DNA from: Camelus dromedarius
Lineage: Eukaryota
Length of the DNA: 64,000 nucleotides
Assembly (NCBI RefSeq): GCF_036321535.1
Contig: NC_087436.1
Location: 68,016,001-68,080,000 of the forward strand
Reading direction: 5' to 3'
Numbering within the stretch: position 1 is the stretch's first letter; each line of letters starts with the position of its first letter. Position numbers and translations under genes: made by a program. The notes under the pieces were generated by a model. The model saw only the letters and a program-made list of their open reading frames with translations. It searched no databases and was not told the DNA's origin. Positions 25,871 to 37,453 of this stretch are shown one piece after another.

Positions 25871-26299
25871 AAGATAGACACTATATAAAAATAAGCCATC
25901 TTCTATTTCCAGTCTAGTAGCATCCTCATAGATTCATTCTTCTCATTTTACACTCAACTTCCTGGTCTCTCTTCACCGCTATTCTAATTGCTCTATCTTA
26001 TCCATGTCCTCTGTTCTCTGATAATGTGTAACACTGGATCATTCAAAGTAACTGCTTTATCTACTTGTACTTATTGGCTATTGAGTATTGTGTAAGGAGC
26101 CATAATCCTACAAGTCTGCATTATTTAAAGGTAAGTTTTTAATGACAGTCTGATACTGAACATACTCCAACAGTTCTTTCACAGACTACTAGTAATTTTT
26201 TTTCTAATTTCTTGCTTTGACTATTCCAAATTTATACCAACCTCAAACTATTCTAGCCCACCATTAGCACCCATCACACCCTCTCCTTTTACACACATA

Positions 26300-27990
26300 C
26301 AGAGTTTCAGTATCTGACAACATCTCCAAGGTTTCAGTAAAAACAGGGGCCACGATGTAGCAACTGATGAATTTCAGTTTTCAAATTCACCTATAACTTG
26401 CTCTCTGCACTAGTTAGGCTAGATTTTAATGATCACTGATAGGCTAACTGCCCCTAACTCCATATTCTAGCCTCCTTCTTTCTCCTGAATGTGAGAGTAA
26501 TTCTTCCTCCTGGATCCAACCATTCCAATTGAGTCTGGGATCTAAACAATTGTCACACCTGCTTCTTGTGTCTGATTTTCTTATCTATGCTTCTCCCTCA
26601 CCTACAGCATGTAAATACGATCAATTATCTCCCACATCCTCAATGAAAAGCTTTTCCTTAATCTCTTTCCATCATGTGCTGCTTCCTCCTGTCCTCTTTT
26701 CTAAAACTTCTTTAAGAAAGTATTTTCTTCATCTATTTCCTCACCACTCATTTACTACTTATTTAGCACATTTGGCACCTAACAGTAAACTCCCCTGAAA
26801 TTTCTGAAATAAGAGTCAACAGTGACCTCCTATTTATCAACTCCACCACTGTCATCTGATTTTCTCCCTATTTCTACATCTTCTTCAATGTTGCCTCCAT
26901 TTCCCCTCAACTCTCAAATACTAATTTTACTTAAAAGGAGTCAAACACCAGTGGTGGCTAATTCAACAGCCATTTTCTATCCCTCTCCCTCAATGGAAAA
27001 TTCCACTGCTTGTAGAAAGGCTGAAAATGAATATTATTCCCTTTCCCAAACTCCCTTGAAAACACTGATGTCTGTATGGTCAGTTGTCTCCAATAAGACA
27101 GAAGAAAACTCTTCTAAGTGTCTTCACAGAAAGACTTCCCTCACAAAGAGAGAGAGATGAAAGAGTAAAACTCTCATCCTTTCCCTTATTCCCTGCTACA
27201 CGTGGACCAGTTGTGTAAGCAGGTGATGGTTACACCTTTGGGAGCCATTTTTGGCCAATAAAGGAATAAGTTAAAGATGAGAGGTGGGAAGATCGTTGGT
27301 CTTTGATGACACTGTGAGCTCCTCTAAATCAATCCTGGGATTGCCGATCTGCTGTTGTTGTGTGGGAATAAACATTCTTTTTCTTAAGTTACCTTCAGTT
27401 TTCTATTACTGGTCATTTTTAATTCTCACCCATTTAACCCTCAAGCCTCTTTAATCCTTAAGCACCAACTCTAATATACTACAAGGCACCTAAAACAGCA
27501 CATGGTATCCTGGCAGGTAGAAGAAGCAAATCAATATTTATTAAAATTTGAGAAAATTATTTTGATTGTATCTATCTCCTGGAATACCTTCCTATTCTCT
27601 TCTGGGTAAAATTCTAAATCTTTGGCATCACAGAAAGACTGTTTTTCAAGCTGACCCTGCATTCATTGAAACTTTGTGTATCTTTGCCTATGCTAATACC
27701 TTTAAATTGTGTTTCCTGTCCATTCTTTTCTAGCTTTGTGAAATCTTGTTATAAGTCATGTACCAGCTACTCTGATAACTCTTGCTTTCTGCTGGAGGCA
27801 CTTAAATCTTCCCTCTACTGTGTTCATGGCATCTGTTCATACCTTTATTATAGCATTTATCAACTTATATGGCAATGATTTGTTTACCTGTCTCTGCCTA
27901 CACTGTGAGTGCCATGAGAAAAAGAACTGTTTTTTATCAAAGGGAGTCCAGATCCCAGCTCACTGTCTGGCACAGGGTGGAAACCCAATT
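26300..27990 (+). mobile_element. L2 LINE fragments with nested LTR
   Basis: Pyrimidine-rich L2 body and 3' end 'tttgtttacctgtctctgcctacactgtgagtgccatgag…cactgtctggcacag'. Confidence 0.6.
26950..27420 (+). mobile_element. Old MaLR LTR (MLT1J/K-like)
   Basis: 'ggtctttgatgacactgtgagctcct…aataaacattctttttcttaagttacc…ttttctattact' resembles an MLT1J/K 3' end. Confidence 0.55.
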
Positions 27991-28756
27991 AATTATTCCA
28001 TTATGAGTAATGACTCTTGCTCATTAGTTTCTCAGGAGCAAAAGTCAGATAATAGTCTGATTTTTATTTCCTTTGTAAATTCTAAAAAGATGACAGTCCT
28101 AAAAAGCATATGTTATGAGATTAAATAACAACAACAAGAACACTGGCTGAAACTGTGCCACATATGTATTAGAAAACACAAAACTTTGCCAATGTTTCGA
28201 TATAGCATCTTAATTAATTACAATCCCCACATTTTTACAACACCAGGAAGGGACATTGCTCATGCTTTACTATCTCACTGCAAATATATAAGCAAGACAA
28301 ACACCTATTAAAGGATCATTTCAATTCTATCACTAACTTTCTATGCTAATATAGTTTTTCCTCTAGGAATTCACATTTTAGGCAGAACCCCTAGCTTCTC
28401 TCTGACTAAGCCAGAGAGCATCCCCTTCCTCATGATATTACTTTGCTTTGGGTCCCCTGCAATATGTCACCGGCAGGAAGTGGTGGTTGTCATTTCTCTC
28501 TTCCCTGGCCAGTAAAAAGATACATCCATCATATGTGCACACCCCACTTTCCCCTTCAGATGCCTCCTCTGATTTAGAGGGGAAAAGAGAGCAGTACGGA
28601 AGGAAGGATGCTCACTTAGCTCTAGTATCATGTTTTGTGAGCAAAGCAAGGGGTAGAGGCCAGCTGTAGGGTTCATGTGAGAGAAGCTTCTCATGCTTAT
28701 CCTTCTGATCCCTAGCAAAGCTTCGCAGTTTCCTTATGCTTCTGCCACCTAACCCC

Positions 28757-29000
28757 CTTTTCTTTTTATTGAAGTATAATCAGTTTGCAATATGGTGTCA
28801 ATTTCTGGTGTACAGCATAATGTTTCAGTCATACATATATTCATTTTCATATTATTTTTCATTATAGGTTACTGTAAGATATAGAATATAGTTCTCTGTG
28901 CTATACAGAAGAAAACTGTTGTTTTATCTATGTTATAGATACAGTAGTTGGTATCTGCAAATCTCGAACTCCCAATTTATCCCTTCCCACACTCTTTCCC
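28757..29000 (-). mobile_element. Short LINE-1 3'UTR end
   Basis: T-tract then 'ttgaagtataatcagtttgcaat…gtatctgcaaatctcgaactcccaatttatcccttccc'. Confidence 0.88.
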
Positions 29001-31049
29001 CATCTCTACCCCTGGTTTTGAGGTTAGTTTCTGAACATACCCAAAGAAGTCAGGTTGTTTCTAATAAAGCCAAAGAGTTATCTTTCTCACCTTTGTTATC
29101 TAATGTAAAAAAGATATTGATTCTCATAATAATTGTCACTTCTCAGCATCCTTCATTTGGGAAATGTGAGATGCTTTCCAAGCTGTGGTTAACCTGTATC
29201 TGTTCTAATCATATTTCCAGATACAGCAGCTAGAAAAAGCAAGGATTTTTTTTCCCCTTTTCTATAGGAGATAAAAACGGATTAAATGTCTGGTGATAGA
29301 TCATACTGCAATTTCACTATAGAATATGGACCTAGAACCAGGTACCATAACTATCAGCTCAGATAGTCACAAAACAAAAACAGAAACAAAACCACTTTAG
29401 GTAAAAATAAATATCTCCACAAACAAAATTTGAATAATGTTGCATCAAACCTGAAACATACATGATCAATAAGAACTTACTGAATGGGTGAGTAAGGGAA
29501 TGCATCACATTTGTTTTATCCTTTGGTAAAATCTTGGTTAAATCTATAAAGTAAAGGGTCTCATCGCAAACCTGCTCAATCTTAAGTTTTGATTTGAATA
29601 TTCAAAAAACATGCATCCAGGATGATACTGTCTAACAATCTGCATATCAGGTTAAACAATGGAAACTATTATTTCCAGAAGTCTATTTCTCGTTAATAAT
29701 ATTAGCCTAAGAAATGTCCAGATGCACCACATGAATTATTCCTCATATAAAATTCTCAGTTACTCATGCTTGAGAGCAATTACATGATGAAAATTTCTCC
29801 CCAACCTCCAACTATCTGCATGGAATTTCAAAGAAAAATGAATGAGCAAGCCTTTCCTTATTTCTTGCATCCACATCCACATAGGCATCTCAAAGAGTAA
29901 TCAATCAATCAAACAAACAATCAATCAATAGTATTTAAAGTCTGTTTTTCTCACCTCAAAGGAATCCAAATTCAGTTAAAGGAAAAATGGATTAACACTA
30001 GAGAATACTTGGGCTGACAATAGTTAGTGGCACACGGGACCATTTCTCTGTTCATTACAATTGTGCTTAACAAATAAAGACATTTAGCAGAATGAGACAA
30101 GATTAATGTAAACATTTATAATACAATGGATGAAGAATATTTTTTCTATTGCTTATTACTTTCAAAGGAGAAAACCTTTGAAAACATTAGAAATTGTCCA
30201 CACAATGCAAATATTAGCCACGGAAGAGGGGAGACATTCTCTGAAAGGGGTACAAATTCACTTATATATTTATATACACACACACACAATTTATCAAGAA
30301 AGGGCCAATAAAAGATATTTCAATTTCATGAACACTTAAGAGTTTTTTTTTTTCCAATCTTCTCACCATAGCAACTTGACAAAAAAACCTGCCCTGTTTT
30401 CAATCATGATTCCTTGTTCTGTGAAAGCAAGGTAAGAGGGCTTTAGCAAGTCATGTGGAGACAGCTTTTTATCTGCAGGGATGGGGATGAAAGACCACCA
30501 TAACAGCTCATTTTTATGAGCATACACGGTCTTTAAAGCAGCACACGTTTTCATTTCTTCGCCTTCCAATTTGGATCATTTCACAGCACTCAGAGTTACT
30601 GTGTGAGCCTTTCCTTGTCTAGAAATGGCTACCACTAATGTCATGAATAGGCCAATAGTCTCCTGTAGCCTACAACAAACACCCTGCTTCTAAGGAAAAG
30701 AATTGCCTCCAAGTAAGAGCAATGCTTTCCTTTTTATTCTTTTTTAATATTTCCATCATCTGAGTAAAACTAGCCTTTAAAACACTTCAAACTTTATTGT
30801 TTGAAGGGACACCTAAGCTTTCAAATCAATCTAGATGGAGGTGTTTTTTTTTTTGCCCCAACAAAATTATTTCCTACCAGGGAGAAATAAGACTCTGAAA
30901 GCTCTATCACCATAAAAAGAAAAGAATTTGCTGCTTACTCTGAGGAAAAATTCATATTAAATTATTTCAAAATGGACTTGGGTCTCTCAGAACAGTACTA
31001 CCTATAAAAGACCACTACAGTTTCAGGTTAAGTAACTGGTAATTTTTAG

Positions 31050-31093
31050 CTGTGTGTGTGTGTGTGTGTGTACACACACATACATACATACAT
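31050..31093. repeat. (TG)n-(CA)n/(CATA)n compound microsatellite
   Basis: tgtgtg…tgtacacacacatacatacatacata seen directly. Confidence 0.9.
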
Positions 31094-31187
31094 AGACATC
31101 ATGTGACCCATTCAATGTTAAAAAGTATTTATTGGAGGTAGTCAATAGCTACCTTGCAATTAACATCACCTGTTGAAAATCTACACA

Positions 31188-33265
31188 GGAGAGAAATTCT
31201 GGAAAGATGGCTGTGGCAGCTGTACAATTTTTTAATCTCACTGAATCCCCACATTAAAAACAGAGCATTTAGATAACAAAACCAATAAACCAGGGGCAGC
31301 ATTTAAAACAAAACTAGATGAACAGTGATCACCACGAGCCCCAAATGCATGGGGTATAGGCAAATCACCAACAGCCTCCAAACTGCATGATATCTGCACC
31401 TTCCCCGCAGGAGGAAGAGGAAGAAAGTGACAGGGCAGTGTCCTAGGAGCTTGAGAAAAGAACAATAAAATCGCCAACAGTCATTCCCTGGAAAGTAGGG
31501 ACCAAGACGGGAACAGCCGCTGAAACTGTGAGGAGTTTGTTAGTGTAACCTCTCCCCCAAAACAGGACTGAAAAACCTGGGGCAGAGACCACCTGTTAAT
31601 TCTCAGAACTGACCCACTGGGCTCTCTTCCACCTTCCGTGACAGTAACCCACACTGAGGAGACATTGCTGGAAGGAAAATCAAAATTGAACAAGATAGAA
31701 ATAACAAAAAGAAAGAAAGGAAAAAAAGCCCAGATCAAATTCCAGAAAGCACATTACCACATTTTTAAACAACAGAAGAAGGAACTCTGTAAAGTTATAT
31801 GAACTTCCCTAAAACCTGTCTGAGGAAAATTCATTTCACATAAACATGAGCAATATAAAAGTATCAAGGTCATATCCCATAGGGAGTTAGTATAATAAAA
31901 AAGAGGGAAAAAAAGCAGAACAACGTATTGCGGACAATAAAGGTATGTCCAAAAATACGTCTACAAAACTGTAACCTACTATTTCAAAACTAAGAAACAT
32001 TAAGAAAATGCTACAAGACATAAAAGAAACAATATAGATCAGAACTAGAGAAGTTTAGAAACGATGCTCCATACTCTGGAAATAATTTAGAAATGAAAGA
32101 AAAAAGAAGTCCAAAAGGCAGGGGTTAAAAAACAAGAACTAGCAATAGGGAATAAACACAAAAGATGATAGGTTAAGTAAAATAAAAAGTGAAAGAGAAA
32201 AAATTTTAAAACCAAAAAGAGATAAAAGAAAAGAAAAGATTCAAGAGAAAGGTAAAAATATTGATGACAGGCAAAACTTTAAGCATAAGGATAGTAGGAG
32301 AAGACAGGAAATAAAAATCCAAAGTAAAGAAGAAGAACAAATACTAAATCTCATAATTGCAGAAAATTTTCCTAAAATAAAAGATGAAACACTGCATACC
32401 GAAAGTACACAGAGCATCAGAGAAATTGATCTATAAAAACATCAGTAAAATTACATTGAGAAGGAATAAGGAAAGCAGGAAAGAAGGAAGACAGGGAGGG
32501 AGGGAGGGGAGGAGAGAAAAGGAAGGAGGGAGAGAGGGGGGGAAGTAGGAAGGAAGAAGAGAAGAAAGAAAGATGTCCTTTAGATACCTAGAAGATAAAA
32601 AGCAAAGAGTACATGACATAAAGGAAAGAAAATTATATTATCATCAAACTTTTCAACAGCAACACTTTATGCCAAAAGAACATGCAGTAACATATTAAAG
32701 ATATTCAAGAAAAAGAAAAGTGTGAGCCAAGAATTATTTTTAGCCAACAAAACAGATTTTCAAGTTCAAAGGCCATATGCAAACTTTTATCAACATGTAA
32801 TAATTCCAGAATATTGTTTCCTTGAGCCTCTAATAAGGAATCTACTGGAGAACAATCTTCAGACAAATAAAATGACTAGAGGGCCACTGATGTGAGGTCT
32901 AGTGGTGCAAAAATAGTCACCTGTAGCAGGTAGATTAAATGAGGGACAAGGGGGAGAGGACATGGTATGAAATGACTATATCCCCAGACAATATAGTTAT
33001 AGAACAACCATAAGCAGGAAATAATGGGGAGAACCAAAGGAAAACAACACAAATGGTTTCAGTAGTCATATTGGTGGTAGTGCTGCATGGACAGAATTAG
33101 ACAGTAAAAAATAAGCAGTTAGGAGATTCTTCTGTTGTTCTCCACGCCCTTGAGAACCACCATTCTTAGTGATGAAGAAAAAAATACAGATGCAAGGATG
33201 AAGCGACTAAGCAAAAGTCCTGCACTGTACTCTTGAATTTGAGTTGGAAGTATCAATCTGAATTT
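31188..33265 (+). mobile_element. HAL1-like (half-L1) element: 5'UTR, degenerate ORF1, 3'UTR, no ORF2
   Basis: 5' AAGATGGC (YY1-type) motif at 31204-31211. From 32620 it translates KGKKIILSSNFSTATLYAKRTCSNILKIFK, homologous to L1 ORF1p KGKPIRLTADLSAETLQARREW. Downstream 'tgaatttgagttggaagtatcaat' resembles HAL1 3'UTR from recall, with no EN domain following. Confidence 0.7.
32460..32572. repeat. (GGAA)/(GGGA) purine-rich simple repeat
   Basis: Nearly pure purine tract inside the ORF1 remnant. Confidence 0.9.
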
Positions 33266-33789
33266 TGGTTAGGGGGTCATCAGTGTAAAGGAGAAAAATA
33301 AAATAGAATCATAGCAGAAGATGAAGGGGGGTTACTATTTCAAATAGGAGGGTGGAGGAAGATGACTCTTGATAAAAGACTAATGTGAGGGTGTGCGCAT
33401 GTGGTATTTGGGGACAAAGTATGCTCAGGCAGGGAGCAGAGGTAAAACCATCTGGAGCACCATGTTGGGCTTATTTGCCTTTGACTATAATTCCCATTTC
33501 CCTTTGCCTACTATTGTTTCAAATTTTTAAAATAACTGGGCTGTATCAGTACATTAAGACCTCAAATCCCAAAACATGAAAGTTTAGAAATAGACATCTT
33601 TATATGGAAGATTCATTTTATTAACAGGTGGTTTGCCACATACACAAAAAACCCTCCCCAAAAGCCATGAAAAATGTCTCCTCCCCAATCTTTCCCTTGC
33701 GCCTTTCTAACAAGGATCTCAGTCTCTTCCCCTGGTGGAGAGTTGATATTAAGGGAGATAACGTGAAGCGAACAGAATGGTGGCCTCTG

Positions 33790-34000
33790 AAACTCGGATG
33801 CAAACTGGGCCACTATCATTTTTATGACCTTGGGCAGGAGGCCCAAACTCATTATCCCTCAATTTCCTCATCCATGTACTACTGACAATAATAATGTGCA
33901 CCTTCTAGAGTTCTCATGAGGACTACAGGAAATCCCACAGCAGAGAACTGAGGATGCCTTCTGTGAGACCACAATAAACATTACCTATTATTACTATAGT
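33790..34000 (+). mobile_element. MIR SINE
   Basis: 'tgaccttgggcagg…cctcaatttcctcatcc…ataataatgtgcacct…tctcatgaggact'. Confidence 0.65.
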
Positions 34001-34367
34001 TGGTAGATTATCACCAGATAGAGAACCCTTTATCCCAGTGTGATGTGAGTTGGGAGATGTCAGATCATATCCCACTTCCAAAACGGACCGGTTTTGTCCC
34101 TCAGTTGAGGTCCTTAACTTCGCTGAAAGTCCTTCCTTCACTCATAAAATAGGGATAACAACTAAGTCCTGAAACTAATATGAAGATTCAGTAAATTTTA
34201 GTTGAATCTGGATATTTATTTATCTATATATTATCTTAAATGCTTCCAAAACAAATATTAAATACATACACAATATGTATCATAATAAAAAATAGTAAGG
34301 TATCCTTCCCTCTATATCCTGAAAAATAACAGATGGTAATTTTTTGCCAATAATTAAAATTCCAAGA

Positions 34368-34477
34368 GTGCTTGCCTGGGCAGCACATATTGGAATGAAA
34401 ATTGGTACAACTCAGTGAAGATGAACGTGAACTTGCACAAAAATGACATGCAAATTCATGCAAGTGACCCCGTCTTT
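34368..34477 (+). pseudogene. U6 snRNA retropseudogene (full length, diverged)
   Basis: GTGCTTGCCTGGGCAGCACATA…AAAATTGGTACA…GAAGAT…TGCACAAAAATGACATGCAAATTCATG…TTT is colinear with U6 (GTGCTCGCTTCGGCAGCACATA…GATGACACGCAAATTCGTG). The ACAGAGA box and AGC triad are mutated. Confidence 0.92.
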
Positions 34478-34558
34478 AAAATTCATTGAATTGTCACTTA
34501 CAATGGGTACATTTTATATTGCAAAAATTGTATTTCAACAAACCTGCTTTTTGAAAAA
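34478..34558 (+). mobile_element. Extreme 3' end of an old L1 (L1M-type) fused to the U6 copy
   Basis: 'aaaattcattgaattgtcacttacaatgggtacattttatattgcaaaaattgtatttcaacaaac' resembles the recalled L1M terminus 'aaaactcatcgaactgtacacttaaaatgggtgcattttattgtatgtaaattatacctcaataaag'. Confidence 0.75.
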
Positions 34559-35075
34559 TGTTTTTAAGTAACTAGAAACTGAGAAAAACTCTCCTTTGTG
34601 TTGATTTGCCAGACTCAGGATTTTCCCCTAGGCCTGTTACCTACCACCTGCCCAGATCACCACAGTTTCTCAAGGATGCTGTGCATGTAATTGTGAGAAT
34701 ATTTTCTTCTTTAAGCCTCCACTCCAGGCAGGCTAATGCAGTGAAGATCTGCGTCTGATCCAACGTGCCAGCCTTCTGTTATCCATACAAGAGCACAGCA
34801 GAGACAGTCTTCAGAGGCGGCTTGACCAACCACGCGCAGGGGGACGTGGAAATCTTTCTTTTCTATCCCCTTCCTGAGTTACTCATAAAGAGGGAAGCCA
34901 GATGCCACCTACCAGCTTTCTTATTTGTGTAAGGAGGTTAAAATAATAATTCATATTTCAAAGTTCACCAAATTAAAATTCTTTCATTTTTAAACTTACC
35001 TACAATCATTAAAAAAAAAAAATGAGCGGCCAAGAGCATTTTCAGGAAAGATAGACATATTTGTTGAACTTAGTA

Positions 35076-35924
35076 AAAGCAGTTCTTGTTTTGCACAGGA
35101 CTTCAGTTCTTTTGGTTTAATTAAATAACACCAACCTCCCCCACCCTACACTGTTTCAATATCAGTTACCGGTGGATATTAACTGTGATTGACTGTATAA
35201 AGAATAGTCTGCTACAATCTCTTCAATCTACAAATCACTACATAAATAACAGGTGCACATCATGATCAGTGACAAATCACATTATCTCTTTCCAAGTCCG
35301 TCAGTGATTGGACACTGTACGTCTCTTACTCACACAAGACAACACAACATGTAGTTGTAGCGCCTCCTTATCTCCCAGTGGTAAAGAGATATTATAGGCA
35401 AAAAGTTCTAACTTTTAAAGCACCATTTCTGGTGGATAATTCTCCAGATCACTCAAATTTCATTGCGTACTTGAATGAAAATACGCTTTTTACCACCAAA
35501 CACAACACCATCAACCCAGCCACTGGACCAAGGAAGTAGCTCAATTTTTAAAGCCTATTATTATCTCATATTGACTTTTGGACAGGCTATTGATGCTACA
35601 ACTGGAGATCATGCCATTCCTTTAGCGGGTTTGGGAAGAAATATGACCTAAAGCATGCAACTGAGAACATTCAAGCATCATGGCAGAAGTAAAATGTGTG
35701 CTGTATGGTAGAAATTTTTACTTCTCTATGCAAATGACTTTGCAAGGTTTGAATTGTACATAGATGGAGTTCAAGATGAAATAGGTTAGCATGGAAATGT
35801 TCACACTGCCACCATCAGACTACAGATACAGCCAGAGGACCTTAGCAAAGGTGAACTTCCTGGCATAACTGAGGAAAGAACTTACAATGAAAAGGATAAA
35901 GATGTCCCAGAGGAAGTGAGACTG

Positions 35925-35958
<34 letters not shown>

Positions 35959-36375
35959 CATTAAAGAAACTCTGGAATCTATTTCACAACATTGAAAATG
36001 CAAAGAATATTTTTAGAAGTTGATCCAAACATAGAAATTTACCAAGTTGTAGAAAACAAATGCTCACTCTAAATCACAAGTTATACAACAAAAAGAAGGG
36101 AAGCACTGTTCAAACTATTCTGGGTAAAAACAATTTAAACACTTTAATTTTATATTTTTCTAAGTTTTAAATAACAGTGCACTAAATAAACAGTAGTTTT
36201 AATATTTTGTTAATTTCACTACACATTTGTAACAAAATAAGAGAGTTTTTATTATTTTTGCAAAAATCAAAGGTATGGAAAATCGTAATTTTTCCTTTGA
36301 TTATTAGGATCACTTGCACAGTTTCAGCTTGTAGGATAACTTTGTACGGTTCTGCGATGTGGTGAAGACTGCCTG
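35076..36375 (+). mobile_element. Tigger (Tigger6-like, pogo superfamily) DNA transposon, internally deleted, with transposase remnant
   Basis: From 35429 it translates LVDNSPDH, then FLPPNTTPSTQPLDQGSSSIFKAYY (DDE_1 motifs). Right TIR is GAAGACTGCCTG at 36364-36375 and a degenerate left TIR follows TA. An A-run lies at ~35928-35955. Confidence 0.85.
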
Positions 36376-36453
36376 TTTATCCTTCAAGTACAGTCTTCAG
36401 AAACAGATACTGTATTTAGGATTAATATCATCTGCACAAAGGTAACTCAAGTT

Positions 36454-36599
36454 GGGAAGGGTATAGCTGGGTGGTAGAGCACGTGCTTAGTATGCACAAG
36501 GTCCTGGGTTCAATCCCCAGTACTTCTGTTAAAATAAACAAATTAACCTAATTACCGCCCCCAAAACAAAAAATAAGCAAGCCAAAAAAAAATTTTTTT
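36454..36599 (+). mobile_element. tRNA-Ala-derived SINE (camelid Vic-1-like)
   Basis: A box TAGCTGGGTGG (36464-36474), B box GGTTCAATCC (36507-36516), tail 'aacctaattaccgccccc' and an A-rich end. Degenerate TSD AAAGGTAACTCAAGTT / AAAGATAAATGATGTG. Confidence 0.85.
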
Positions 36600-37199
36600 A
36601 AAGATAAATGATGTGTCATCAGGATATCGGAGCATCTTACTTAGTTTTGGAAGTCTAGGAAAACAACTAATAGAAAGTTATTAACTAACATGGAAATATA
36701 TTCCTCTGCTGAAGGAACCTAACTCAGTCTTTGTTCTCAGTTTTACCAAAGGGGCTTAACTAAATAAGCTTTCCCAGGGGGCTTTGATGAGGACTTTGAT
36801 TTCCCTGCTACAAGGAAATTTAATAGGGCCTTGCATTTTTTTTCTCCTCTACCCAGGGGTTCTAATTTAGCTACCATCACGTATTAGTGTGAATTAATAC
36901 TGTTTCTAAAGACTTACCTGTCAGATTTATTCCTATCCAGTTTTTAGAGAAGTCTCTCCAGCAATATTTCACATTTTCTTTTATGTTTAAATTCTAAACT
37001 GTCCTGATAAAAATGATGAGTAGATAGGTTCCTACTACACAGGAACCAAAAAGTTGAGAGTACCGTATTTTAAACCAAGTCAGGACTTTTTTTAAATAGA
37101 TTCAAGGAAGAATTGAAAACAGTAGTATTTTAAACATTAGAGAAATTTATGAAAGAGATATCTCTGAAAATGTTTACAGAAACATTTCCCCAAATAATT

Positions 37200-37453
37200 T
37201 TTTTTTACTTAACTTTGCTTTTCTTTTTTTTTTTAATTGAAGTATAGTCAGTTACAATGTGTCAATTTCTGGTATACACCACATGTCTCAGCCATACACA
37301 TACACACACATAATTGTGTTCACATTCTTTTTCATTCTAAGTTACTACAAGACATTGAATATAGTTCCCTATGCTATACAGAATAAACTTGTCTTTTATC
37401 TATTTTACGTGTAGTTGCTAGTATTTGCAAATCTCAAACTCCCAATTTATCCC
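37200..37453 (-). mobile_element. Short LINE-1 3'UTR end
   Basis: T-tract then 'ttgaagtatagtcagttacaatgtgtcaatttctggt…gcaaatctcaaactcccaatttatccc'. Possible TSD CCCAAATAATTTTT / CCCAAAATATTTTT. Confidence 0.88.

Noticed and set aside
34368..34477. Functional U6 snRNA gene
   Set aside because: ACAGAGA box and AGC triad are mutated, no clear PSE/TATA upstream, and it is fused to an L1 tail.
34825..34920. CTCF motif matches (CGCGCAGGGGGACG; CTGGTAGGTGGCAT on minus)
   Set aside because: Each mismatches key core positions, so a site cannot be called by eye.
36454..36526. Genuine tRNA-Ala gene
   Set aside because: Stems are degenerate, and it carries a SINE-type tail, A-rich end and degenerate TSD.
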